64,000 bases of DNA from an uncultured Eubacterium sp. (GTDB taxonomy: Bacteria; Bacillota; Clostridia; Lachnospirales; Lachnospiraceae). Location: the NCBI GenBank assembly GCA_905235555.1, contig CAJOMD010000002.1, positions 2,408-66,407 of the forward strand, read 5' to 3'. The notes beneath the pieces are model-generated. The model saw nothing but the letters and a program-made list of their open reading frames with translations. It did not search any database and was not told the DNA's origin. The translations under genes and the position numbers were made by a program. Positions 30,170 through 39,932 of the stretch are shown here, one piece after another. Numbering within the stretch: position 1 is the stretch's first letter; each line of letters opens with the position of its first letter.

Positions 30170-31534
30170 CTAGTTTTTAAAACTATGAATTGGGGCTGGA
30201 ATTTGACCTGTTCTGTTGACAAAATTCTCACAAGAAAATTTGTTAACCGGCATAATAGGAGCATGTCCAAGTAATCCACCAAACTCTACTTCTTCTCCCA
30301 CATCTTTTCCAATAACAGGAATAATTCTAACAGCCGTAGTCTTTTGGTTAATCATACCAATAGCAGCTTCGTCTGCAATAATACCTGAAATTGTGCTTGC
30401 ACTAGTATCACCTGGAATAGCAATCATATCTAAGCCTACTGAACATACACAAGTCATAGCTTCTAATTTTTCTATTGTGAGCGCGCCTTCTTCCACAGCA
30501 TCTATCATCCCTTGATCTTCACTGACTGGAATAAAAGCACCGCTTAATCCACCTACATATGATGATGCCATAACACCACCTTTTTTGACTTGGTCATTTA
30601 ACAATGCAAGAGCCGCTGTAGTACCAGGAGCACCAGCTTTTTCCAAACCAATCTCTTCTAAAATATTAGCAACAGAATCACCAACAGCCGGTGTAGGTGC
30701 TAAGGACAAATCAATAATTCCAAATGGAACATTAAGTCTCTTAGCAGCTTCGTTAGCCACCATATATCCTACTCTTGTCACCTTGAATGCGGTTTTCTTT
30801 ATTGTATCGCAAAGAACATCGAAACTTTCTCCGCGTACTTTCTTAATAGCATGTCTAACTACGCCCGGACCTGAAACGCCAACATTTATAACTGCATCTG
30901 CTTCAGTTACTCCATGAAATGCGCCAGCCATAAATGGATTGTCATCAGGAGCATTACAGAATACAACTAATTTGGCGCAGCCTAATGAATCATCTTCCTT
31001 GGTAAACTCTGCAGTCTCTTTTACTATTTCACCCATAAGTCTAACTGCATCCATGTTTAGTCCAGTTTTAGTAGAACCAACATTAACAGAACTACAAACT
31101 CTTTCAGTCTCAGCCAGAGCCTTAGGAATAGACTTAATCAAAAGTTCTTCTGCCTTAGTCATACCTTTGCTTACAAGCGCAGAATAACCGCCAAGGAAGT
31201 TAACTCCCACTTCCTTTGCCACCTTATCTAAAGTCTTAGCAATAGTCACAAAGTCATCTGATGTCTTACAAGCTTGTCCACCTACAAGAGCAATTGGAGT
31301 GACAGAAATTCTCTTGTTGACAATAGGAATTCCATACTCCTTAGAAATATCATCACCAGTTTCTACAAGGTTAGACGCAAGACCTTTAATCTTGTTATAA
31401 ATATTTTCATTTAATTTATCAAGATCATCAGTAATACAATCTAGCAAACTAATACCAAGTGTAATAGTTCTAACATCTAGATTATAGTTATCAATCATCT
31501 TGTTTGTTTCTTGTACTTCAAAACGACTAATCAT
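30170..31534 (-). CDS. UPF0210 (DUF711, PFL-like) family protein, function unknown
   Basis: 454 aa, recognisable by family resemblance. It is paired with the small ACT-domain gene upstream. Confidence 0.85.
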   Translation of the reverse strand: MISRFEVQETNKMIDNYNLDVRTITLGISLLDCITDDLDKLNENIYNKIKGLASNLVETGDDISKEYGIPIVNKRISVTPIALVGGQACKTSDDFVTIAKTLDKVAKEVGVNFLGGYSALVSKGMTKAEELLIKSIPKALAETERVCSSVNVGSTKTGLNMDAVRLMGEIVKETAEFTKEDDSLGCAKLVVFCNAPDDNPFMAGAFHGVTEADAVINVGVSGPGVVRHAIKKVRGESFDVLCDTIKKTAFKVTRVGYMVANEAAKRLNVPFGIIDLSLAPTPAVGDSVANILEEIGLEKAGAPGTTAALALLNDQVKKGGVMASSYVGGLSGAFIPVSEDQGMIDAVEEGALTIEKLEAMTCVCSVGLDMIAIPGDTSASTISGIIADEAAIGMINQKTTAVRIIPVIGKDVGEEVEFGGLLGHAPIMPVNKFSCENFVNRTGQIPAPIHSFKN

Positions 31535-31546
31535 AACTTCCTCCAG

Positions 31547-31819
31547 TTATACTCTGTGCATACTGTCAAATATTTCTTGACTCTGAGTTCTAATGCTTAC
31601 GCCAATATCCTGCCCAATACCATCAAGTGCATCAGACAAAGTATCAAAATCCACTTCACATCCACTAGCATCTACCACCATCATCATATTGAAATAATCC
31701 TGCACAATAGTCTGTGAAATATCAAGAATATTCACTTTGTGCTCTGATAGGTATGTACATACTTTCGCAATAATTCCAACAGTATCTTTTCCCACAACCG
31801 TAATAATAATCTTGTTCAT
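31547..31819 (-). CDS. ACT domain protein (UPF0237)
   Basis: 90 aa with IITVVGKDTVGIIAKV ACT-fold N-terminus. Conserved partner of UPF0210. Confidence 0.85.
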   Translation of the reverse strand: MNKIIITVVGKDTVGIIAKVCTYLSEHKVNILDISQTIVQDYFNMMMVVDASGCEVDFDTLSDALDGIGQDIGVSIRTQSQEIFDSMHRV

Positions 31820-31832
31820 AATTTCCTCCAGT

Positions 31833-32630
31833 TTATATTATTATATCGCAAGATGGCTGATCCCTTCTCGCAACCTTAATCTCAATATCCATTTCTTTTA
31901 TATCAATATCATTAAACATTAATTCATTTCGAACTGTTTCAAACGCAAGTTCTGGATAATTATTATCCTTGCTCAAATGTCCCAGAATAATGTATTGCAT
32001 TCTATCAGAAATAATCTCGCTTAACAACTGTCCGCATGCCTCATTTGATAGGTGTCCTTCATCACTCCATATCCTACTTTTAAGGTGATACGGATAAGGA
32101 CCCACTTCTAACATTTTTAAGTCATGATTAGCCTCAACCAAAATAGCATCCAAATTTTGAAGCGAATCAACTAACTCATCGTGATAGTATCCTAAGTCAG
32201 TTACTATAGCGCAAGACTTTTTCCCATCATCAAATCTATAACAAACAGAATCTGAAGCATCATGACTAGTTGATAACGCATTAATCTTCATATTACCAAC
32301 AAAAAACTCTTCACCAGATTCTATCTCTTCAAACAAGTCTTCATCCACTTCACCTGTGGAAGATGAATTCAAAATATAATCAATTGTGCCTTTAGTAGCA
32401 TAAACAGTAACTGGGTGTGCTCTTAAGAAAACACCAATACCTTTGATATGATCAGAGTGCTCATGAGTTATTACAATAGCGTCTATTTCATTGGGGGAAG
32501 TATCAAAGAAATTCAAACCACCTTCAATACGTTTATTGCTAATGCCTGCATCTACTAAAATATTAATATCATCACTCTTCACTAATATGCAATTTCCACT
32601 GCTTCCGCTACATATTGATGCTATTTCCAT
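31833..32630 (-). CDS. MBL-fold metallo-hydrolase
   Basis: HEHSDH (HxHxDH) motif. 265 aa. Confidence 0.88.
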   Translation of the reverse strand: MEIASICSGSSGNCILVKSDDINILVDAGISNKRIEGGLNFFDTSPNEIDAIVITHEHSDHIKGIGVFLRAHPVTVYATKGTIDYILNSSSTGEVDEDLFEEIESGEEFFVGNMKINALSTSHDASDSVCYRFDDGKKSCAIVTDLGYYHDELVDSLQNLDAILVEANHDLKMLEVGPYPYHLKSRIWSDEGHLSNEACGQLLSEIISDRMQYIILGHLSKDNNYPELAFETVRNELMFNDIDIKEMDIEIKVARRDQPSCDIII

Positions 32631-32642
32631 AATGTTAATCCT

Positions 32643-32676
32643 TAAAAAAGTGAATCTCTAAATATAGAGATTCACT
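32643..32676 (-). terminator. Rho-independent terminator after the coiled-coil gene
   Basis: 11-bp stem AGTGAATCTCT/AGAGATTCACT with a 6-nt loop, followed by TTTTTT on the minus strand. Confidence 0.85.
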
Positions 32677-32699
32677 TCTAAATAGTTTCTTATTTATTA

Positions 32700-33296
32700 T
32701 TAGTCATCTAAATCAACTGTTGCTTCTTCTTGAGGTTTTTCCTCATATGAAGGAGCTTGATCTTGTCCAGCCAATTCTTTTCTACTCTGAACTACAACAT
32801 TTAATGAATCATCCATATCTGTCATTAATCTCTCTTGAGCTGCCCCAAAATTTTGAAGTCCTGTAGAAAGAATGCTCTGTACATTTGAAAGAATATCATC
32901 AGTGTATTGCATAGCTCTTGTCTTAAGGTCATTAGCCTCAGCTTTAGCTGAATCTAAAATACCCTGAGCTTCTGTTTGAGCTTGATCGATAACAGAATTT
33001 GCTTCAGCATATGCTTTCTGCATAATCTCGTGCTCACTTACCAACTGATTAATGTGAGCTGTAGCTTCTGAAATCATAGCTTCTGATCTTTCTTTTGCGT
33101 CATTTATAATAGCATCTTTATTAGCGATAATCTTTTGATACTTCTTGATTTCTTCTGGTGTACGAAGTCTCAACTCAGCCAATAGTTCATCTATATCATC
33201 TTTGTTTACAATGATTTTAGATGTTGATAATGGCTGAAATTTACAATTATCAATATATTCCTCAATCTCTGTGATTATCTGTTCAATCTTACTCAT
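32700..33296 (-). CDS. Coiled-coil protein of unknown function (DivIVA-like N-terminus, ATPase-stalk-like heptads)
   Basis: 198 aa with A/E/Q-rich heptads and an acidic tail. It overlaps the coaD 3' end by 8 nt. Confidence 0.6.
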   Translation of the reverse strand: MSKIEQIITEIEEYIDNCKFQPLSTSKIIVNKDDIDELLAELRLRTPEEIKKYQKIIANKDAIINDAKERSEAMISEATAHINQLVSEHEIMQKAYAEANSVIDQAQTEAQGILDSAKAEANDLKTRAMQYTDDILSNVQSILSTGLQNFGAAQERLMTDMDDSLNVVVQSRKELAGQDQAPSYEEKPQEEATVDLDD

Positions 33297-33789
33297 TTTT
33301 GTTCTCCTTTAATTCCTCAATTTTATTAATAATTTGTTTTGCAACAACGTCAGGTACGAATCTACTAATATCTCCACCATGCGATGCCACTTCTTTCACT
33401 GTGCTTGAATTTAAATATGCATACTCTAGTTTAGTTGATAAAAAAAGTGTCTCAATGTTGTCATCCAAAACCATATTAGTTTGTGACATTTGCAATTCAT
33501 ATTCAAAATCTGTAACAGCTCTCAAACCTCTAATTATAACTTGTGCATCTACTTGATGGGCAAAATCAACAAGCAATCCATCAAAAGCCATAACCTTTAC
33601 ATTAGGTATGTCTGCCACAACTTCATTTAACATTTTAACACGATTATCAACATTAAACAACGGAGATTTTAAATTATTATTAAGCACTCCCACTATCAGT
33701 TCATCTACAATTTTGGCAGATCTCTTAATCACGTCTAAATGTCCGTTTGTAACCGGATCAAAACTCCCCGGATAAATAGCTCTAGTCAT
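33289..33789 (-). CDS. coaD: Phosphopantetheine adenylyltransferase
   Basis: [16 protein letters not shown] motif. 166 aa. Confidence 0.96.
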   Translation of the reverse strand: MTRAIYPGSFDPVTNGHLDVIKRSAKIVDELIVGVLNNNLKSPLFNVDNRVKMLNEVVADIPNVKVMAFDGLLVDFAHQVDAQVIIRGLRAVTDFEYELQMSQTNMVLDDNIETLFLSTKLEYAYLNSSTVKEVASHGGDISRFVPDVVAKQIINKIEELKENKNE

Positions 33790-34347
33790 TTAATTCACCT
33801 TTTTAATAAATAAATGCTTGTTTGTTTTATACTTCTTTTCTTTATATAAAACAAAGCCTAAACTATCTAAATAATCAAAGTTTGTATCTAAGGATGCTTC
33901 AACTATTATGATAGTATTATTGTTTATTATAACTGATTTTGTAAGTAGTTCAAGAACATTTTTTTCAAAACCTTTATTGTATGGAGGGTCCATAAAGACT
34001 ATGTCAAAGGAATAGTTTTGGTCTTCTAACATAGCGATAGCAAGCTCGTAAGACTTATTCAAAACAACAGCATTATTTTTAAGTTTAGTAAACTCAAGAT
34101 TATCGTTAATAATATCAATTGATTTTGGATTATTATCAACAAATACTGCTTCTTTGGCACCTCTGCTTAAAGCCTCAATACCAATTCCTCCGCTTCCAGC
34201 AAAAATATCTAAAAAACTGCATCCATAAATATCATTTTGAATCATATTAAAAAGAGTTTCTTTAATTCTGTCTGTGGTAGGTCTAGTATCCAACCCTTCT
34301 AAAGTCTTTAGTTTTAAACTTCTAGCGCTTCCTGATATTACTCTCAT
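33790..34347 (-). CDS. rsmD: 16S rRNA (guanine966-N2)-methyltransferase
   Basis: MRVISGSARSLKL start, FAGSGGIGIEALSRGA SAM motif and DPPY motif. Trimmed because the ORF-track extension runs into the upstream terminator. Confidence 0.92.
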   Translation of the reverse strand: MRVISGSARSLKLKTLEGLDTRPTTDRIKETLFNMIQNDIYGCSFLDIFAGSGGIGIEALSRGAKEAVFVDNNPKSIDIINDNLEFTKLKNNAVVLNKSYELAIAMLEDQNYSFDIVFMDPPYNKGFEKNVLELLTKSVIINNNTIIIVEASLDTNFDYLDSLGFVLYKEKKYKTNKHLFIKKVN

Positions 34348-34357
34348 ATCTTCCCTT

Positions 34358-34392
34358 AAACAAAACAAAAAGCAGACCAAAGCCTGCTTTTT
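34358..34392 (-). terminator. Rho-independent terminator after rpsA
   Basis: Minus-strand AAAAGCAG-GCTTTGGT-CTGCTTTT followed by TGTTTTG. Confidence 0.65.
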
Positions 34393-34412
34393 TAAGTTAT
34401 TTTCGTTATTTA

Positions 34413-35753
34413 TTATTCTTCTTCAGAATCATCTGCAGGTGTATCTACAGCTTCCTGTGCTTCTTCAGAATCATCTGCAGGTGTATCTACAGCTTCCTGT
34501 GCTTCTTCAGAATCATCTGCAGGTGTATCTACAGTTTCCTGTGCCTCTTCAATATTTTCTTTGGCCGAATCTACTACATCTGCCACTTCATCTTGAGCTG
34601 CAGCAATAGCATCTGCAAAAGATGAATCAGGCTCTTCTTCCTGTGTAGGCATTTCTGGAACTTCTTCTTTCTCTTCCTCAGGTTCTTCCTTTGGTTCTTC
34701 TGGAAGAAGCACTTTTCTGCTTATGCTAATCTTCTTTTCTTCTTCATTAAATTCAACAATCTTAGCTTCAACCACATCGCCCACTTTAAGTTCATCAGAC
34801 GGCTTATCAACATGATGTCTAGCAATCTGTGAAACGTGAAGCAATGCATCTACACCAGGCTCAATCTCTACAAAACATCCAAAGTCTGTCATTCTAGCAA
34901 CAGTACCAGTTATAATAGCGCCCACTGCAAATTTCTCACTTGCATTATTCCATGGGTTAGTGTCTTCAAACTTAAGACTAAGAGCAATCTTATCTCCGTC
35001 AATCTCTTTGATGAATGCTGTCACTTCATCACCTACTTTAAAGTGTTTACGTGGATTTCCAATTCTGCCCCATGACATTTCTGAAATATGTAATAATCCA
35101 TCAACACCACCAATGTCTACAAAAGCACCAAAATCAACTACGCTCTTAACTGTACCAGTGATAGTGTCTCCAACACTTACCTTCTCAAGTAATGCAGCTC
35201 TAGCTTCTTCTTTTTCTTTAGAAACTAACTGTTTTCTATCGCCTATAACTCTTCTCTTTCTAGGGTTATATTCTGTAAGAACAAATTCAATTTCTTGTCC
35301 TTCGTACTTGCTTAAATCTCTTTCAAAAACATCTGAAACCAAGCTAGCAGGAATAAATACTCTAGCGCCTTCTACATCTACACTTAAACCACCTTTTAGA
35401 ATCTGTACAACTGGTGCTTTAAGAACTTCATTGTTTTCAAATGCTTCTTCAAGTCTCTTATTTGCTTTCTCTGCAGCAAGTCTCTTATATGATAAAGCTA
35501 CTTGACCTTCGCCATCGTTTACCTTAAGAACCTTTACTGACAGTTCATCGCCGACTGAAATCTCAGTTGTCAGATCTTCTGCAGTGTTAGAATACTCGTT
35601 AACAGGAAGAATTCCATCAGCTTTGTAACCAATATTTAGTACAGCCTCTTCAGGCTTAACTGAAATAACCTTTCCTTCAAGCACTTCTCCGTTTCGGATA
35701 GTCTTGAAACTTTCATCTAACATTTGTTCAAATTCGTTGTTCATCTCTGACAT
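34413..35753 (-). CDS. rpsA: 30S ribosomal protein S1 (four S1 domains) with an acidic repeat tail
   Basis: Four S1/OB repeats (GxV..V..FGAFV type). GAGGAGG SD lies 10 nt upstream, inside the ispH 3' end. Confidence 0.92.
   Translation of the reverse strand: MSEMNNEFEQMLDESFKTIRNGEVLEGKVISVKPEEAVLNIGYKADGILPVNEYSNTAEDLTTEISVGDELSVKVLKVNDGEGQVALSYKRLAAEKANKRLEEAFENNEVLKAPVVQILKGGLSVDVEGARVFIPASLVSDVFERDLSKYEGQEIEFVLTEYNPRKRRVIGDRKQLVSKEKEEARAALLEKVSVGDTITGTVKSVVDFGAFVDIGGVDGLLHISEMSWGRIGNPRKHFKVGDEVTAFIKEIDGDKIALSLKFEDTNPWNNASEKFAVGAIITGTVARMTDFGCFVEIEPGVDALLHVSQIARHHVDKPSDELKVGDVVEAKIVEFNEEEKKISISRKVLLPEEPKEEPEEEKEEVPEMPTQEEEPDSSFADAIAAAQDEVADVVDSAKENIEEAQETVDTPADDSEEAQEAVDTPADDSEEAQEAVDTPADDSEEE
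34419..34544 (-). repeat. 3 x 42 nt in-frame tandem repeat within the rpsA 3' end
   Basis: Copies at 34419, 34461 and 34503. Two are identical and the third has 1 mismatch. Each encodes EEAQEAVDTPADDS. Confidence 0.97.
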
Positions 35754-36589
35754 TTGGTATGAACCTCCTCAATAATATTCTTTGGGGTGGAAGCCCCTGC
35801 TGTAATACCTATTTTTTTAAAATCCTTCAACATCTCAAAATCTATATCCTTTGCAGTTTGAATGTAAAAAGTATTTTCACATTCTACTTTACAAATTTCA
35901 TATAATTTTTGAGTATTCGAACTATTTTTACCACCAATAACAATCATTGCATCTACTTTTTTGGCAATGTCTTTTGCCTCTGTTTGACGCTCATTAGTGG
36001 CATTACAAATAGTATTCACAACATTACTATCATAACCTTTTTCCCCTATTATTTCAACCAGTTTGGAGAACTTTTCAGGGTTGTAAGTGGTCTGAGAAAC
36101 GATACATACAGGAGTTTTAGGATTCAAGTTTAAACTTCTAGCATCCTCCTCATTATCCACTATAAAAGCATCGCCATTTACCCATCCTTTGATACCTTCC
36201 ACTTCAGGATGATATTCACTTCCAACTATAATAATAGTTCGACCTTTTTCGCTCTCTTCTTTCACAATATTATGAATCTTTTTAACAAACGGACATGTGG
36301 CATCCACCACTTCACAATTCTTCTGTGCTAAAGAATCATAAATCCTTTTCCCTACACCGTGGGACCTAATTACAACAGTGCAATCCGACAAATCATTTAG
36401 TTCGTTCTCATCAAAATTTATTGCTTTTACACCTTTGCTCTCTAAATCAGAAACCACTTCTTCATTATGAATAATTGGTCCATATGTGTAAATATTGTTA
36501 CTAGAACTGTTCGCCTTGTCATACACTAAATCAATGGCTTTCTGTACTCCGAAACAAAATCCTGCTTTTTTAGCTAAAATTACTTCCAT
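35741..36589 (-). CDS. ispH: 4-hydroxy-3-methylbut-2-enyl diphosphate reductase
   Basis: GFCFGVQKAI and ATCPFVKKIH cluster-ligand motifs. 282 aa. Confidence 0.95.
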   Translation of the reverse strand: MEVILAKKAGFCFGVQKAIDLVYDKANSSSNNIYTYGPIIHNEEVVSDLESKGVKAINFDENELNDLSDCTVVIRSHGVGKRIYDSLAQKNCEVVDATCPFVKKIHNIVKEESEKGRTIIIVGSEYHPEVEGIKGWVNGDAFIVDNEEDARSLNLNPKTPVCIVSQTTYNPEKFSKLVEIIGEKGYDSNVVNTICNATNERQTEAKDIAKKVDAMIVIGGKNSSNTQKLYEICKVECENTFYIQTAKDIDFEMLKDFKKIGITAGASTPKNIIEEVHTKCQR

Positions 36590-36590
36590 C

Positions 36591-37247
36591 TTAATCCTCT
36601 TTCAAAGAAATAATTTTTGCAACAACTTCATCAATAGTCATATCAGAAGAATCTACTAGTACAGCATCTTCTGCTTGACTAAGGGGTGAAACATCTCTAT
36701 TCATATCTCTATAATCTCTATCTTCAATATCTTTTTCAATTTCTTTTAAATCACAATTTTGTCCTTTTTCTACTAACTCATCATATCTTCTCTTTGCCCT
36801 AGTTTCAACGCTGGCGGTCAAATATACTTTTAGGTCAGCATTAGGAAGTACTGCAGTTCCTATATCTCTTCCATCCATAACTACATTATTTTTTGCTGCT
36901 AAATTCTGCTGAAGAGCAACCAAAATTTTTCTTACTCCACTATAAACAGCTATAGCCGATGTAAGATTACCAATCTCCTCGCGTCTAATCTCAGTACTCA
37001 CATCTTCTCCGTTTAGATAAACTTTCTGAGTACCATCTTCGTAACCAAGTGTTACTTTAACACTTTCACACTTAGCAACAACAGCCTCCTCATCTGTAGT
37101 GTCTATTCTGTCTCTAAAGCATGCCAAAGCTAAAGTTCTATACATAGCACCAGTGTCCACATAAATAAAGCCAAGCTCCTTTGCCACTATTTTTGCTATT
37201 GTACTTTTCCCCGCTCCTGCAGGTCCGTCGATTGCTATATTATACAT
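36591..37247 (-). CDS. cmk: Cytidylate kinase
   Basis: MYNIAIDGPAGAGKST start with AGGAGG SD. The ORF-track extension overlaps the upstream gene. Confidence 0.95.
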   Translation of the reverse strand: MYNIAIDGPAGAGKSTIAKIVAKELGFIYVDTGAMYRTLALACFRDRIDTTDEEAVVAKCESVKVTLGYEDGTQKVYLNGEDVSTEIRREEIGNLTSAIAVYSGVRKILVALQQNLAAKNNVVMDGRDIGTAVLPNADLKVYLTASVETRAKRRYDELVEKGQNCDLKEIEKDIEDRDYRDMNRDVSPLSQAEDAVLVDSSDMTIDEVVAKIISLKED

Positions 37248-37255
37248 ATTTCCTC

Positions 37256-38464
37256 CTAATATATACTGTTTCCTGCCACATAACCTGTACTCCAAGCTAG
37301 TTGCAAGTTATACCCACCAGTTAATGAATCTAGGTCCAAAACTTCACCTACAAAGTAAAGTCCTGGCACCAATTTAGATTCCATAGTTTTTGGATTTATT
37401 TCTTTAACATCTACTCCGCCTTTAGTGATGATTGCTTCATCATAACCCCTTAGGTCATCAATGCTTAACTCTAAATTCTTTATCAATCTAACTAATCTTT
37501 GTCGCTCTTCTTTTGTAATCTCATTTACTTTTTTATATTCATCAATTTCCGACAGTTTAATAATAATGGGAATTAACTTTTTAGGCAACAAATCATTTAA
37601 AGAATTGTTAAAATTTTTATTTTTATACTTATCAAAATCTCTTAATATTCGTTTATCAAGCGTTGCTTCATCTAACGCTGGTTTTAAATCAATTGATATC
37701 TTGTATCCATCATCCATTTTGTCTACGACAAAGGAACTAGCACTTAGCACCAATGGACCGCTCACTCCAAAATGAGTAAATATCATTTCACCTAAGTCTT
37801 CATATAGTATTTTATCATCCTTAAGTAATTTTAGATTTACATTCTTTAACGATAACCCTTGAAGTTCTTTGCAGTAATCTTCTTTTATATTGAATGGAAC
37901 TAACGATGGATATGTCTTTGTGGTTTTGTGACTAAATTGTTTTGCAAACTTATATCCATCTCCTGTAGATCCAGTAGATTTATATGAAAGTCCGCCAGTA
38001 GCAATAATCAATGCATCGCAAGTAAGATCATCATTTATTACAAACTCATCTTCTTTAGTTATGGTTTTAACTTCATCTTTTAAAACGATATTTACGCCTA
38101 AAGAATCGAGTTGCTTCTTAAGTGCCTTTATAACGTCTGATGATTTATCACTCTTTGGGAAAACTCTGTTTCCGCGCTCAACTTTTGTTTTGACACCAGA
38201 CTCTTCTATTAGAGAAATAATGTCATTAGAATCAAACGCATTGAATGCGCTGTACATAAATTTAGGATTTGACATTAAATTATTTATATGGGAATTAATA
38301 TCAGAAGAATTAGTTAGATTACATCTGCCTTTTCCAGTGATAAACAATTTCTTACCTAACTTTTCATTTTTTTCTAAGAGCGTGACATCATTTCCATTAC
38401 GTTTGGCAGCTATTGCTGCCATCATTCCTGATGCACCTCCGCCTATAACAATTACTCTAGACAT
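37256..38464 (-). CDS. HI0933/BaiN-like FAD-dependent oxidoreductase
   Basis: VIVIGGGASGMMAA FAD fold. 402 aa. Confidence 0.88.
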   Translation of the reverse strand: MSRVIVIGGGASGMMAAIAAKRNGNDVTLLEKNEKLGKKLFITGKGRCNLTNSSDINSHINNLMSNPKFMYSAFNAFDSNDIISLIEESGVKTKVERGNRVFPKSDKSSDVIKALKKQLDSLGVNIVLKDEVKTITKEDEFVINDDLTCDALIIATGGLSYKSTGSTGDGYKFAKQFSHKTTKTYPSLVPFNIKEDYCKELQGLSLKNVNLKLLKDDKILYEDLGEMIFTHFGVSGPLVLSASSFVVDKMDDGYKISIDLKPALDEATLDKRILRDFDKYKNKNFNNSLNDLLPKKLIPIIIKLSEIDEYKKVNEITKEERQRLVRLIKNLELSIDDLRGYDEAIITKGGVDVKEINPKTMESKLVPGLYFVGEVLDLDSLTGGYNLQLAWSTGYVAGNSIY

Positions 38465-38471
38465 AATAAAA

Positions 38472-38500
38472 TAACAAAAAGGGCAGATAAACTGCCCTTT
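38472..38500 (-). terminator. Rho-independent terminator after the decarboxylase operon
   Basis: Minus-strand AAAGGGCAG-TTTAT-CTGCCCTTT followed by TTGTTATTTT. Confidence 0.85.
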
Positions 38501-38503
38501 ATT

Positions 38504-39904
38504 TTATACAGGATATGCCCCGTTTTCTATATCCATTTTCTTTGGGTCTATCTTTGAAGCTTGTGCCTCTCTATATTCGAAAAAGTCTTTTGCCACTTCA
38601 GGGAACAACGCATAAGTAAGCACGTCTTCATCCTGTTGCTTCCACTGCTTAATATCTTCTTCATATTTTGGAAGAGCTGGCTCAAGCAAATCTGCAGGCC
38701 TGCATGTGATTGGCTTTTCATCACCAATAGCCTTCTTTTGAACTTCCTCGTTAAATGGTTTAACTGTCTGTCCATATTTTCCTGCTAACAAATCCTTCGC
38801 TTGCTGATTAATCATCTTGTATCTCTCACCCATAACTACATTTAGTACAGCCTGTGTGCCCACAATCTGTGATGAAGGAGTAACCAAAGGTGGTTCGCCA
38901 AAATCCTTACGTACTCTTGGTACTTCCTCTAGCACTTCTTCAAACTTATCTGAAGCACCCATCTCATCAAGTTGAGAAACAAGATTTGAAAGCATTCCGC
39001 CAGGAACTTGGTAAAGCAATGTGTTAATGTTAACACCCATTACCTTAGGGCTTAATAATCCACTTTCTAAGCATTCTTCTCTATATGGTTTAAAGTAGTC
39101 AGCTACTTCTTTAAGCGCTTTCATATCAAGACCAGTATCATACTCTGTGCCTTTAAATGTCTCAACCATAACTTCTGTTGGAGGTTGAGATGTTCCCATT
39201 GATAATGGAGAGATAGCTGTATCAATAATATCAGCACCTGCTTCCACAGATTTTAAATATGTCATCTGTGCCACACCTGATGTACAGTGTGTGTGCATAT
39301 CTATTGGAATATCAGTTCCTTCTCTTAGAGCATTCACTAACTCTGTTGCTTTATATGGAGTTAAAAGTCCAGCCATATCTTTTACGCAAAGTGAATCTGC
39401 ACCCAAATCTTCAATTCGTTTAGCAATGTCTTTCCAATAATCAAGTGTATATGCATCACCCAATGTATATGACAAAGCAATCTGAGCTTCAGCTCCTTCT
39501 TTCTTTGCAGCCTTCACTGCTGTCTCTAGGTTTCTCAAATCATTTAGACAGTCAAAGATTCTGATGATATCAATACCATTAGCGACAGACTTCTGTGTGA
39601 AGTATTCTACTACATCATCTGGATAATGGTTATATCCCAAAATATTTTGTCCTCTAAACAACATTTGAAGTTTAGTATTTTTAAATCCATCACGAAGCTT
39701 TCTTAGTCTTACCCATGGATCCTCTTTCAAGAAACGTAATGCTGCATCAAATGTAGCTCCACCCCAACACTCTACAGCGTGATATCCAATTTTATCCATC
39801 TTATCAACAATCGGAAGCATCTCTTCTGTAGGCATTCTAGTCGCTATCAATGACTGATGAGCATCTCTTAATGCTGTTTCTACTATCTTTACTTTCTTAG
39901 CCAT
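38504..39904 (-). CDS. Oxaloacetate decarboxylase alpha / transcarboxylase 5S-type carboxyltransferase (no biotin domain)
   Basis: TIM-barrel pyruvate-carboxyltransferase motifs (TALRDAHQS, KDMAGLL, HTHCTSG). 466 aa, ending without an AMKM domain. Confidence 0.9.
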   Translation of the reverse strand: MAKKVKIVETALRDAHQSLIATRMPTEEMLPIVDKMDKIGYHAVECWGGATFDAALRFLKEDPWVRLRKLRDGFKNTKLQMLFRGQNILGYNHYPDDVVEYFTQKSVANGIDIIRIFDCLNDLRNLETAVKAAKKEGAEAQIALSYTLGDAYTLDYWKDIAKRIEDLGADSLCVKDMAGLLTPYKATELVNALREGTDIPIDMHTHCTSGVAQMTYLKSVEAGADIIDTAISPLSMGTSQPPTEVMVETFKGTEYDTGLDMKALKEVADYFKPYREECLESGLLSPKVMGVNINTLLYQVPGGMLSNLVSQLDEMGASDKFEEVLEEVPRVRKDFGEPPLVTPSSQIVGTQAVLNVVMGERYKMINQQAKDLLAGKYGQTVKPFNEEVQKKAIGDEKPITCRPADLLEPALPKYEEDIKQWKQQDEDVLTYALFPEVAKDFFEYREAQASKIDPKKMDIENGAYPV

Positions 39905-39932
39905 AATTTTCCCTCGTTATTTTCAAATTATT

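Noticed and set aside
34274-34609. Plus-strand ORF with a striking repeated peptide LQNHLQVYLQLPVL x3.
   Set aside because: It is the antisense read-through of the 3 x 42 nt repeat at the rpsA 3' end and crosses the rpsA terminator. The repeat is explained by the S1 tail.
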